This document shows, piece after piece, positions 8,122 through 14,033 of a stretch of 14,033 nt of DNA. Position numbers and translations under genes: made by a program. Each line of letters begins with the position of its first letter. The first letter of the stretch is position 1. Under the pieces are notes generated by a model that searched no databases, was not told the origin of the DNA, and worked only from the letters and a program-made list of their open reading frames with translations. Source of the stretch: a virus; UHGV virus genome UHGV-0124904. One strand, written 5' to 3'.

Positions 8122-8468
8122 CGGGTTCTCTCCGTTGCGGTCTTGCGCTTATGGCATGGCCAGCACAGCGATTCGAGGTTGCTGTCGTCGTCTGTCCCGC
8201 CGTGAGCTCTCGGGATAATGTGGTCCACCGTTTCCGCTGGGCGTGGTCTGCTGTTGCGCAGGCACTGCTGGCAGATGTGTCGATCACGCTTAAGGATGCG
8301 GGCACGGATGATGTCCCACTTACTGCCGTAGCCACGCTGGTGGCGGCTCAGGCCGCGCTGATGCTGCTGCCACCCTTCGTTACGGTGGGTTTCGCAGTAG
8401 CCAGAACGATCCGTAGTTGTGCCAGAGCAACCTCGCTTACGGCATGCTCTGGGAATAGCTGCGGGCAT
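8118..8468 (-). CDS. HNH endonuclease (packaging-associated)
   Basis: 116 aa; N-terminal Cys cluster (CRKRGCSG...YCETH) and HNH core VDHIIPRAHGGTDDDSNLESLCWPCHKRKT; located just upstream of TerS as in HK97-like cos phages. Confidence 0.9.
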   Translation of the reverse strand: MPAAIPRACRKRGCSGTTTDRSGYCETHRNEGWQQHQRGLSRHQRGYGSKWDIIRARILKRDRHICQQCLRNSRPRPAETVDHIIPRAHGGTDDDSNLESLCWPCHKRKTATERTR

Positions 8469-8480
8469 GGTTGTCGCTCC

Positions 8481-8510
8481 AAAAAAAAGCCACCAGCAGA
8501 TGCCAGTGGC
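8481..8510 (-). terminator. Intrinsic terminator downstream of the 88-aa orphan gene
   Basis: Hairpin GCCAC(8489-8493)...GTGGC(8506-8510) with a 12-nt loop, followed on the minus strand by T8 (plus A8 at 8481-8488). Confidence 0.5.
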
Positions 8511-8532
8511 TATTGTTCAAACCTGTTACTTT

Positions 8533-8799
8533 TTAATAGCGCCGAAACCATTGAGGACATTCCAAATCCTCACGAAGATTCTCCAGCATATAAAAGCAGA
8601 ACTGGTTAATAGCTTCCGTGGCACTTAGTTCGGAGGGGATCCTTTCGCTTGCATAAATTGCATCTTGTATGGTGCTAAATATGCCAGTGGCACTATAAAT
8701 ATGCGCCAATTTACCTTCAGGATCTTGCCGAATGACGTTAGTGTTATTGCTCAATACGATCGTTTGTACTCCCCAAAGAAACAGCTCTTGTTTTGTCAT
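8533..8799 (-). CDS. Hypothetical small protein (AT-rich cargo gene)
   Basis: Track ORF 8533..8814 begins at a TTG; the ATG at 8799 (MTKQELFLWGV...) has AAAGGAG 5 nt upstream, so I call 88 aa. No family recognised. Confidence 0.5.
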   Translation of the reverse strand: MTKQELFLWGVQTIVLSNNTNVIRQDPEGKLAHIYSATGIFSTIQDAIYASERIPSELSATEAINQFCFYMLENLREDLECPQWFRRY

Positions 8800-8916
8800 G
8801 CTCACTCCTTTCAATGTTGAAAAAACAATTTAACAGTTTGGGGAATAAAAAGTACTTGGGGTTTGTCACGCACTATCACAGGCACTCAGTGAATGCCTGC
8901 TGTAATGCCTTAACCC

Positions 8917-8949
8917 CTACAGGGGATATTTATGATTTATCCCCTGTAG
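8917..8949. repeat. Perfect 11-bp inverted repeat with 11-bp AT-rich spacer
   Basis: CTACAGGGGAT (8917-8927) / ATTTATGATTT / ATCCCCTGTAG (8939-8949). No flanking T-run, so not a terminator; candidate operator or RNA stem-loop. Confidence 0.6.
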
Positions 8950-8980
8950 CCATTACGATGGGTCTACCCATGGCGATGGC

Positions 8981-9006
8981 AATAAAAAACCGCACGTAGG
9001 CGGTTT
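8981..9006 (-). terminator. Intrinsic terminator downstream of the 71-aa orphan gene
   Basis: 7-bp stem AAACCGC(8987-8993) / ACGTAG / GCGGTTT(9000-9006); minus strand continues TTTATT; 8 nt after the gene stop at 9014. Confidence 0.6.
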
Positions 9007-9013
9007 AGTATCA

Positions 9014-9229
9014 TCATTTCACTTTGAGTGAAGCTTGAATTGCATCAGCAAGAGCCTCGATGCCACCAGCAACATGCGCTAAGTCCCATCTTGCCTTTGC
9101 ATCATTGCTGTCAGCAGTATTGGCGGACACTGAAGCTTTAGCAATCTCCAAAGCCGCTTGAACTGCAATCAAGCGTTTTGCTTTATCGTCAGTAGCTATT
9201 GGTCCATTCTTGTAATAATTCTCTAACAT
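9014..9229 (-). CDS. Hypothetical small Ala-rich protein (AT-rich cargo gene)
   Basis: 71 aa; AAGGAAGGG about 7 nt upstream of the ATG; has its own downstream terminator. No family recognised. Confidence 0.5.
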   Translation of the reverse strand: MLENYYKNGPIATDDKAKRLIAVQAALEIAKASVSANTADSNDAKARWDLAHVAGGIEALADAIQASLKVK

Positions 9230-9343
9230 AACAATTCCCTTCCTTACCCTACCAACATGGCGGGTTACAAAATGTAAATGGGGATTGCATTACAGATTTC
9301 AAGGTCATTATCGAAGCCCCTCAGTGAAGAGCTTCTGTTATGC

Positions 9344-9754
9344 CTAGCAATCAGCGTCCGGGCGCGCAATAGCTCGACAAGCCCACATACAGGCTTCCTG
9401 CATTTTGGTGCGCGCGATCGACAAACTACGCAGAGCATCATCAATTTCACACGCCTGCTCAGTACTCAACATCGCTGGCCCATTACGGAGAGCCAACAGC
9501 TCACCGCGTTCGGTATCGAGCAGGCTGCAGAAGTAACGACTGACGCCCTTCATACGGTTCATGCGCTCAATGTCGCCAGGTGTTAACGTGCGGTAGCCCT
9601 TAACGGTGCTGCCATCCTGCGGTTGTGCTTCGTTCATTGATTTACCTGTGATTGATGGGCCAGCTTCGCGACGCTTCACAGCGTGGCTAACCGTGTTGTG
9701 CAGAGTGGAGAACATCATCAGGCGCTCTTCTTTAAAGCGCCTGGGGCTGCTCAC
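9344..9754 (-). CDS. Hypothetical protein translationally coupled to Rz1
   Basis: 136 aa; ATGA overlap with the Rz1 stop; C-terminus has a Cys cluster (CMWACRAIARPDADC). Start uncertain (internal Met candidates). No family recognised. Confidence 0.4.
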   Translation of the reverse strand: MSSPRRFKEERLMMFSTLHNTVSHAVKRREAGPSITGKSMNEAQPQDGSTVKGYRTLTPGDIERMNRMKGVSRYFCSLLDTERGELLALRNGPAMLSTEQACEIDDALRSLSIARTKMQEACMWACRAIARPDADC

Positions 9755-9990
9755 TTAACGGCGTTATACCAAGCCTGCCAGCGATACTTATCGAGGCGCA
9801 GCTGGCGCAGGCATTGCGCAGTTTCGCTATCAGCCTGCAGATCATCATCGCTATTGGTGCCAGCGTTACTTCCCTTGCACGGCTTCTGCATCAAATCCGC
9901 TGATGGAGTTGGCAGCGTCGATAGCCTGTTGCCGCAGCCGGACAGACTCATCATCAAAAGCACAAACGGTACGATTCGGATCCTGGACAT
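9751..9990 (-). CDS. Outer-membrane spanin (Rz1-like lipoprotein)
   Basis: 79 aa starting inside the Rz gene in another frame; signal peptide MSRIRIVPFVLLMMSLSGC with lipobox LSGC; extends 115 nt past the Rz stop (overlapped architecture). Confidence 0.7.
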   Translation of the reverse strand: MSRIRIVPFVLLMMSLSGCGNRLSTLPTPSADLMQKPCKGSNAGTNSDDDLQADSETAQCLRQLRLDKYRWQAWYNAVK

Positions 9991-10231
9991 ATTTCACCAC
10001 GTCGCGGGTTATGGTTCGGTAAATAATCCGGCCTTCGTCGCTGGCTTGAGCCGCCTTTTGTTCGACAGGCTGAAATGCCTTTTCTGCTTTGGCGCGCTTA
10101 GCAGCGGCAAGCCCGTTGATTTGTTCAGCGTGGGCGTACCAGCCATTCCGGTACCGTAGCTCGCCATAACCAATAGCAAGCAGCATGCCCACGAGAGCGA
10201 TCTGCAGTATCGCTCGAAGGCTAAAGGTCAT
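9866..10231 (-). CDS. Inner-membrane spanin (Rz-like)
   Basis: 121 aa; N-terminal transmembrane segment LRAILQIALVGMLLAIGYG followed by a charged Ala/Lys/Glu-rich region; immediately downstream of the endolysin with 11-nt overlap. Confidence 0.75.
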   Translation of the reverse strand: MTFSLRAILQIALVGMLLAIGYGELRYRNGWYAHAEQINGLAAAKRAKAEKAFQPVEQKAAQASDEGRIIYRTITRDVVKYVQDPNRTVCAFDDESVRLRQQAIDAANSISGFDAEAVQGK

Positions 10232-10724
10232 GTTTGCTCTCCGCCATGCACATCGAGCGCTCCATCTCTCGCCGGTTCTGGAGGCCTTTCCACTTCATAC
10301 CACCAGCGTAAACCCAGCGCCGCATCTCTTCGCACGCGCCGTCGTGATCGCCTTTATTCAGTTTGCGCAGCAGTGTGGACTTCGAGAACGCATCAGAACC
10401 AACGTTAAAGACAAAGCTGTAAAGTGCAGCACGCTGATATTCACCCAGAGGTACTTTGACAAGATCGTCTACCGTGCGTTTTGCTGGCTGAAGGTCTTTC
10501 CACAGCAATTGGTCACACTCGCGATCGGTATACTTCTTCCCTCTCACGATGTCGCGGCCCGTATGGCCATCGCAGACAGTCCACACGCCGGCGACGTCTT
10601 TATACGCTTCGTACTTCCGCCCCTCTACGCCATCCTGCCCACCGAGAAACAGCGAGGCGATCAGCATGGCACCGCCACCAGCAGCGGCGATGAGTTTGTT
10701 ACGCAGGCTACTGGTCATTGGCAT
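10221..10724 (-). CDS. SAR endolysin (T4-lysozyme-like muramidase, phage 21 R-like)
   Basis: 167 aa; Gly/Ala-rich signal-anchor-release domain LIAAAGGGAMLIASLFLGG; catalytic E-x8-D-x5-T spacing in VEGRKYEAYKDVAGVWTV; close resemblance to P21 R as recalled (GVWTVC.GHTG, ALYSFV.NVG, STLLRK.N.GD, RRW.YAGG..WKGL). Confidence 0.9.
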   Translation of the reverse strand: MPMTSSLRNKLIAAAGGGAMLIASLFLGGQDGVEGRKYEAYKDVAGVWTVCDGHTGRDIVRGKKYTDRECDQLLWKDLQPAKRTVDDLVKVPLGEYQRAALYSFVFNVGSDAFSKSTLLRKLNKGDHDGACEEMRRWVYAGGMKWKGLQNRREMERSMCMAESKHDL

Positions 10725-10964
10725 TTATTCATCTCCGACTTTAACTGCAGGTCCGTACTTCTCAAGCGCCTTAACCTGTGCATTGGCGACCTTGCGTTTG
10801 AAATACCAGTTAATGAGCCCGGTAACGATTATCCCGGCAATGCCAGCCAGCACACCGACGGCGCTCCACTCATCAGGACTTAGTTTTGTCAGAACACCGT
10901 TCAGGATGGTGCCGCCGGAAGTGCCTAACGCGACACCGGTTACGAGTTTGCTCATGAGGGACAT
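10725..10964 (-). CDS. Pinholin (class II holin, S21-like), possible dual start
   Basis: Resembles the P21 pinholin (GVALGTSGG..LSPDEWSAVGVL..WYFKRK). Track start is a GTG at 10973 abutting GGAGG; the ATG at 10964 has GGAGGT 7 nt upstream and a second ATG follows 9 nt later (M-S-L-M-S-K), a holin/antiholin-like dual-start arrangement. Confidence 0.8.
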   Translation of the reverse strand: MSLMSKLVTGVALGTSGGTILNGVLTKLSPDEWSAVGVLAGIAGIIVTGLINWYFKRKVANAQVKALEKYGPAVKVGDE

Positions 10965-11099
10965 GTACCTCACCTCCGATTATGTCGGGGCGCTTTGTGA
11001 AGTGATTGAAGAAAAGGTTGTTACAGAAACTGATAGCAAAAACTTTAACCACACTGCGGGTCATCGTTGCTCTGGCTTCAAACTTTTGCAGTGAATGCT

Positions 11100-11135
11100 A
11101 AATGCAAAAAAGCCCTGGCAGATGCCAAGGCTTGA
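11100..11135 (-). terminator. Intrinsic terminator between the accessory operon and the lysis cassette
   Basis: Stem AGCCcTGGC(11111-11119) / AGAT / GCCAaGGCT(11124-11132) with one mismatch; minus strand continues TTTTTTGCATTT. Confidence 0.65.
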
Positions 11136-11162
11136 AGATCAGTATTTGAGATTTATATTCAG

Positions 11163-11588
11163 TTAAGCTGCAGAGGAAACAGTTGGAACGCAGTACTTTT
11201 GGTAATAATTTTTTATTACTGGCCTAACATGAGGTGACAGATTGAACCCACCCAGGATGCGTTGAAACGTTCCTTCGCTGCAAGGATCATGAATTCGTAT
11301 GTCCCCAGCACTGACTCGCTGGATAACCGAATCAGCACCAAAAATTTCTGCTCGCCTATAAAAGACATAACTTGGATGCCGAACAAAAGGATGATCACCA
11401 ACATTCAACAGACAAGAAGAGTCGGGTTCGATTCCGTCAGCTATAGAGGTTAAATTAACGGCAAGGAAAGATTCTTTTGCAAGTTTGGGATAAAATACGG
11501 GGTCGTTACAAATGAAGAACAAATGCTCCTTCGAACCAGAAAGGAGCATAATCGTGCCTTTTTGTACTGGGCTGAAGTCCGCTGTCAT
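11163..11588 (-). CDS. Hypothetical protein, candidate toxin/effector partner of the Panacea-domain gene
   Basis: 141 aa; ATGA start/stop overlap with the upstream Panacea-domain gene; GC-poor; no family recognised. Internal Met14 is an alternative start. Confidence 0.6.
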   Translation of the reverse strand: MTADFSPVQKGTIMLLSGSKEHLFFICNDPVFYPKLAKESFLAVNLTSIADGIEPDSSCLLNVGDHPFVRHPSYVFYRRAEIFGADSVIQRVSAGDIRIHDPCSEGTFQRILGGFNLSPHVRPVIKNYYQKYCVPTVSSAA

Positions 11589-12160
11589 TTCAATCCGTAA
11601 GCAATTGAATCTAGTTCGGAGAATTCTCTCATCCTGTCAGATAAATGTCTAACAAGTTCTTCAGGTTTTCCAAGCGCCCGGAACACATTTTCAGGATTTA
11701 TTGTAAACGCACCGCCACGTGGATCGGTCCATTCAGGACATTTTGAATGGGTATAATCCCTGATCTCCCATTTACTCATCTTACCGAAGCTTGCATAGAC
11801 GGCATCTAGAATTGAAATCTCAGCCTCACTGAGTTCATCTAAATCATCACGACTTAAGCTGTCACATAAAAGCTTAAGCTCATAATTGTCAGCATCAGAA
11901 ATCCAATTTTTCCAACCTTCTTCGCCCGTTTCTGTACCATTCATGAGGTCTAAAGAACGAGATAAGACTGGACCATGCGGCATGGCCACCATGCGGTCAC
12001 CTGTGATAGGCTCACCGAAACGGTCCATTGATTCTCTATCAGAGAGGTACATCAATTTCATGAGCTTAAGGTATGGCATGCGTCCACCGCCTTTCGACAG
12101 TAGATAGGCGGCCATCTGAGCCACTCTTTCTTCGCAAAACATATTAGCCCCCCTACTCAT
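11585..12160 (-). CDS. Panacea (DUF4065)-domain protein, likely PanA/SocA-type antitoxin
   Basis: Hallmark LKLMKLMYLSDRESMDRFGEPITGDRMVAMPHGPVLSRSL (K-L-x-K-L-x-Y...G-x-P-I...GPV pattern) plus a C-terminal ...W...DYTHS..PEW segment. Probable true start is Met7 (ATG at 12142..12140, AGGGGGG 6 nt upstream), giving 185 aa. Confidence 0.7.
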   Translation of the reverse strand: MSRGANMFCEERVAQMAAYLLSKGGGRMPYLKLMKLMYLSDRESMDRFGEPITGDRMVAMPHGPVLSRSLDLMNGTETGEEGWKNWISDADNYELKLLCDSLSRDDLDELSEAEISILDAVYASFGKMSKWEIRDYTHSKCPEWTDPRGGAFTINPENVFRALGKPEELVRHLSDRMREFSELDSIAYGLK

Positions 12161-12337
12161 ATACGATCACTACTACTATCAGCAGTATAGTCTTCAACTT
12201 AATTTTCTGTTTTCCAAATTACGCCGAATGCAAAATTTCTCTTGACTCTCTCCAAGCTCTTGCCTGGCCTAGCTTTGATGATTGTCAATACACGTTGCAT
12301 TACTAACGAGCGTCTTTGTACCACAATCATACACGTT

Positions 12338-12487
12338 TAATCCACAGGCATCTGTGGATAACCATTTGAACAAGCGTCGATCCTTATCCACAGAAACTGG
12401 AAATATCCACAGAGAGCAGCACTAAAAACAAAACTACCAATAACTCAAGGGGAAAAGCTGTGCATAAACACACCTCACTTATACACA
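12338..12487. promoter_or_regulatory. Cluster of DnaA-box consensus sites (TTATNCACA)
   Basis: Perfect 9/9 matches at 12353-12361 (minus, TTATCCACA), 12384-12392 (plus, TTATCCACA), 12459-12467 (minus, TTATGCACA) and 12479-12487 (plus, TTATACACA); 8/9 matches at 12338-12346 and 12403-12411. Includes palindrome TCCACAG-GCAT-CTGTGGA at 12341-12358. Confidence 0.6.
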
Positions 12488-12663
12488 TATGCACAATTTT
12501 GGGCTAAAAGAATTTTTGTTCGGTTTTGCCTATTGATAAATATTGCAAAAATTTAGCTCACAATTTCTTAAATCCTTTGCGTTCTAATAATTCATAAGCG
12601 AGGAAAAGTAACTTTTCTCTAAAAATCAGAGGAAGGGATTTTCAAGATGTACTGTTATTTACC

Positions 12664-12698
12664 AAATAAAAAAACCCGCTCAGGGCGGGCTTTTTAAC
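12664..12698. terminator. Bidirectional intrinsic terminator downstream of the Q-position gene (tR'-like for the minus strand)
   Basis: Stem CCCGC(12675-12679) / TCAGG / GCGGG(12685-12689), flanked by A8 on one side (12667-12674) and T5 on the other (12691-12695), so a U-run follows the hairpin on either strand. Confidence 0.7.
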
Positions 12699-12782
12699 TG
12701 TGAACATACAATGCCCATCGTTAACGTTAAATTTACACAAAAACGGCAACATTGCAAGTAACGTGAACCGAAAATATGAGAT

Positions 12783-13616
12783 TTAGAGCAAACTTTGCAC
12801 GCTGGTTACTTTCTTGAGTTCGGTATCTGCGTTGCTCTCCTCCTGAAAGCATTTCGTCACCAGACTTTCATAAAACGGCTTCCAGCTGTATCGCCAGGTA
12901 CGATCAGGAAGGCTGTCCAGTTCGGCCAGAACGCCGCGATACGCTACTGATGATTTCGGTCTGCTGTATCCTCGCCCCTCACAGCGTTTGCACTCCTTAT
13001 AAACCGGCGCGCCCTGCAACTCAGTTTGCTTTCGGTCGAGGGTTTGACCAGATCCGCCACACTGGCAGCGCTTACTGATCTGGCCGGTTCCGTTGCACTT
13101 GCCGCACAGCTGGTGGTCCACATCCTTTACCTCGCGGAAAACTTCAAAATCAGATGGAGACTGGCCCAGATCCTTGGCAAATTGAGGCAGGCGCATCGTG
13201 TAATGGCTTTTGGTGATCACACTGGTTCTGGTAATGAAGCCCTTGCCCCGGCATTTCTGGCAATTGATACTGTCAGCAGCTGATGAGGCGTAATCCTTGA
13301 ATGCGAATCTGGCGAGGATCCGCATACAGAGAGGGAATTTTTTGCCAGCTGCTTTACGTACGGCCATTGGTGCGTGCTGCTTGGCGTATTCTGTCAGCCA
13401 GTTGATAGCGGCTTCTTTATCCTGTGGGCTGATGCCAGCCTTCCCCAGATACATGGCAAGACCGATCCCGGCGTCGGCTTGGGTCATGCCCAGCGCCGCC
13501 ATGATGTCGGTTACCGTTAACTGATCGCCCGCGGTTGCGCGCACGCTATCAGAGATGTGCATCCCTTTCGGTGCAAAAAACTTTAAAACTCCGTCCAGAT
13601 TCATAGCGTTCTCCAC
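12783..13616 (-). CDS. Putative late-gene antiterminator (Q-position protein) with DnaJ-type CxxCxGxG zinc-finger repeats
   Basis: 277 aa with CQKCRGKG, CGKCNGTG, CQCGGSG and CKRCEGRG repeats. Assigned mainly by position (after a nin-region-like nuclease, before a terminator and the lysis genes); sequence-level identity to Q was not verified. Confidence 0.45.
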   Translation of the reverse strand: MENAMNLDGVLKFFAPKGMHISDSVRATAGDQLTVTDIMAALGMTQADAGIGLAMYLGKAGISPQDKEAAINWLTEYAKQHAPMAVRKAAGKKFPLCMRILARFAFKDYASSAADSINCQKCRGKGFITRTSVITKSHYTMRLPQFAKDLGQSPSDFEVFREVKDVDHQLCGKCNGTGQISKRCQCGGSGQTLDRKQTELQGAPVYKECKRCEGRGYSRPKSSVAYRGVLAELDSLPDRTWRYSWKPFYESLVTKCFQEESNADTELKKVTSVQSLL

Positions 13617-13621
13617 TCCGT

Positions 13622-13945
13622 CTACGCCAGTGCGCCGATGGCCAGCGCCCGGTCTAATGTTTTCAACAGCAGCTCCGGCTGCGTGCCGTACTTCGCTTCA
13701 AATGCCACAGCGTCAGCGTGCAATTCGTCGTGATGCTCTCTGCACAGAGGTATCACAAACAGGTCGTGTGCCTTTGTACCCATTCCACCCTGCCCGTGGC
13801 CAATCAGGTGGTGGGGGTCGTCAGCTTGCTTGTTACAGCAGACGCACGGCTGGGCCTTAACCCATCTCGTGTATTTCTCATTCACCCAGCGGCGACGCTT
13901 GGGTTTAAGCATGAAGGATTCCGGCGTCTCTGGGTCAACCTTCAT
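13622..13945 (-). CDS. YbcO/NinG-like small Cys/His-rich putative nuclease (nin-region protein)
   Basis: PCVCCNKQ...HHLIGHGQGGMGTKAHDLFVIPLCREHHDELH resembles the YbcO-family motif as recalled. Track start is a GTG at 13951; an ATG lies at 13945. The frame stays open to the window edge (14033), so the true start may lie outside the window. Confidence 0.5.
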   Translation of the reverse strand: MKVDPETPESFMLKPKRRRWVNEKYTRWVKAQPCVCCNKQADDPHHLIGHGQGGMGTKAHDLFVIPLCREHHDELHADAVAFEAKYGTQPELLLKTLDRALAIGALA

Positions 13946-14033
13946 TGCCACTATCTTTTTCGCTTTCTCCTGTACCAGTTGTTTGGCGGGTAATGCCGGA
14001 ACAATATCGCTTTCACGTGTTACCGACTGGTGG

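Larger units (their letters stand above)
23..14033. mobile_element. Lambdoid (HK97-type head) prophage/phage late region: packaging, head, head-tail, lysis and accessory cargo genes
   Basis: Contiguous minus-strand order Q-position gene, lysis cassette, HNH, TerS, TerL, portal, protease, major capsid, connector genes, major tail. Start/stop overlaps (ATGA) are frequent and GC-poor cargo islands interrupt it. Confidence 0.9.

Noticed and set aside
7994-8335. 113-aa minus-strand ORF in an alternative frame
   Set aside because: Overlaps the HNH endonuclease and zinc-knuckle ORFs out of frame; Arg/Ala/Ser-rich low-complexity translation typical of off-frame GC-rich sequence.
8800-8814. Track start of the 88-aa gene at 8814
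   Set aside because: That codon is TTG with no ribosome-binding site; the ATG at 8799 has AAAGGAG at ideal spacing, so the first five residues of the track ORF were dropped.
9265-9450. 61-aa minus-strand ORF overlapping the 3' end of the 136-aa gene
   Set aside because: Alternative frame over an already called gene, with no Shine-Dalgarno site and no motif.
12647-12697. 16-codon plus-strand mini-ORF (MYCYLPNKKTRSGRAF) ending inside the bidirectional terminator, with an AGAGGAAGGG upstream
   Set aside because: Resembles a leader peptide/attenuator layout, but it is on the strand opposite to all genes, very short, and has no downstream gene to regulate in this window; most likely chance.
1-14033. 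Search for tRNA genes, rRNA, CRISPR arrays, integrase or att sites, and IS elements
   Set aside because: No tRNA-like cloverleaf candidates, no direct-repeat/spacer arrays, and no integrase or transposase ORFs were seen; the window is entirely phage late-region and cargo DNA.
13946-14033. Open minus-strand frame continuing from the YbcO-like gene to the window edge (possible longer N-terminus)
   Set aside because: The frame is open but the AGGAGA at 13966-13971 is poorly spaced for any start, and YbcO-like proteins are about 100 aa; I kept the ATG at 13945 and flagged the uncertainty rather than calling a longer partial gene.

Overview
Late region of a lambdoid, HK97-type-head prophage or phage, probably from an enterobacterial host (inferred from the P21-like lysis proteins); every gene I can support is on the minus strand. 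Reading in the direction of transcription (high to low coordinates): a YbcO-like small nuclease, a Q-position zinc-finger protein, a 620-bp AT-rich non-coding interval with a dense cluster of DnaA-box consensus sites, a two-gene accessory operon (Panacea/DUF4065-domain protein plus a 141-aa partner of unknown family), a pinholin / SAR-endolysin / Rz-Rz1 lysis cassette, three small orphan ORFs, an HNH endonuclease, a 66-aa tandem zinc-knuckle ORF, small and large terminase, portal, ClpP-like prohead protease, HK97-fold major capsid protein, five head-tail joining/completion genes and the 5' part of a lambda gpV-like major tail gene. The best candidate for an undescribed system is the terminator-flanked Panacea-domain operon at 11163..12160 (a likely PanA-type antitoxin with an unassignable partner), sitting in the Q-to-holin cargo position with the DnaA-box cluster just upstream. 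Bases 1..22 are Illumina adapter, so the left edge is a library artefact. All protein assignments rest on motifs read from the translations and recalled family signatures; no database search was run.
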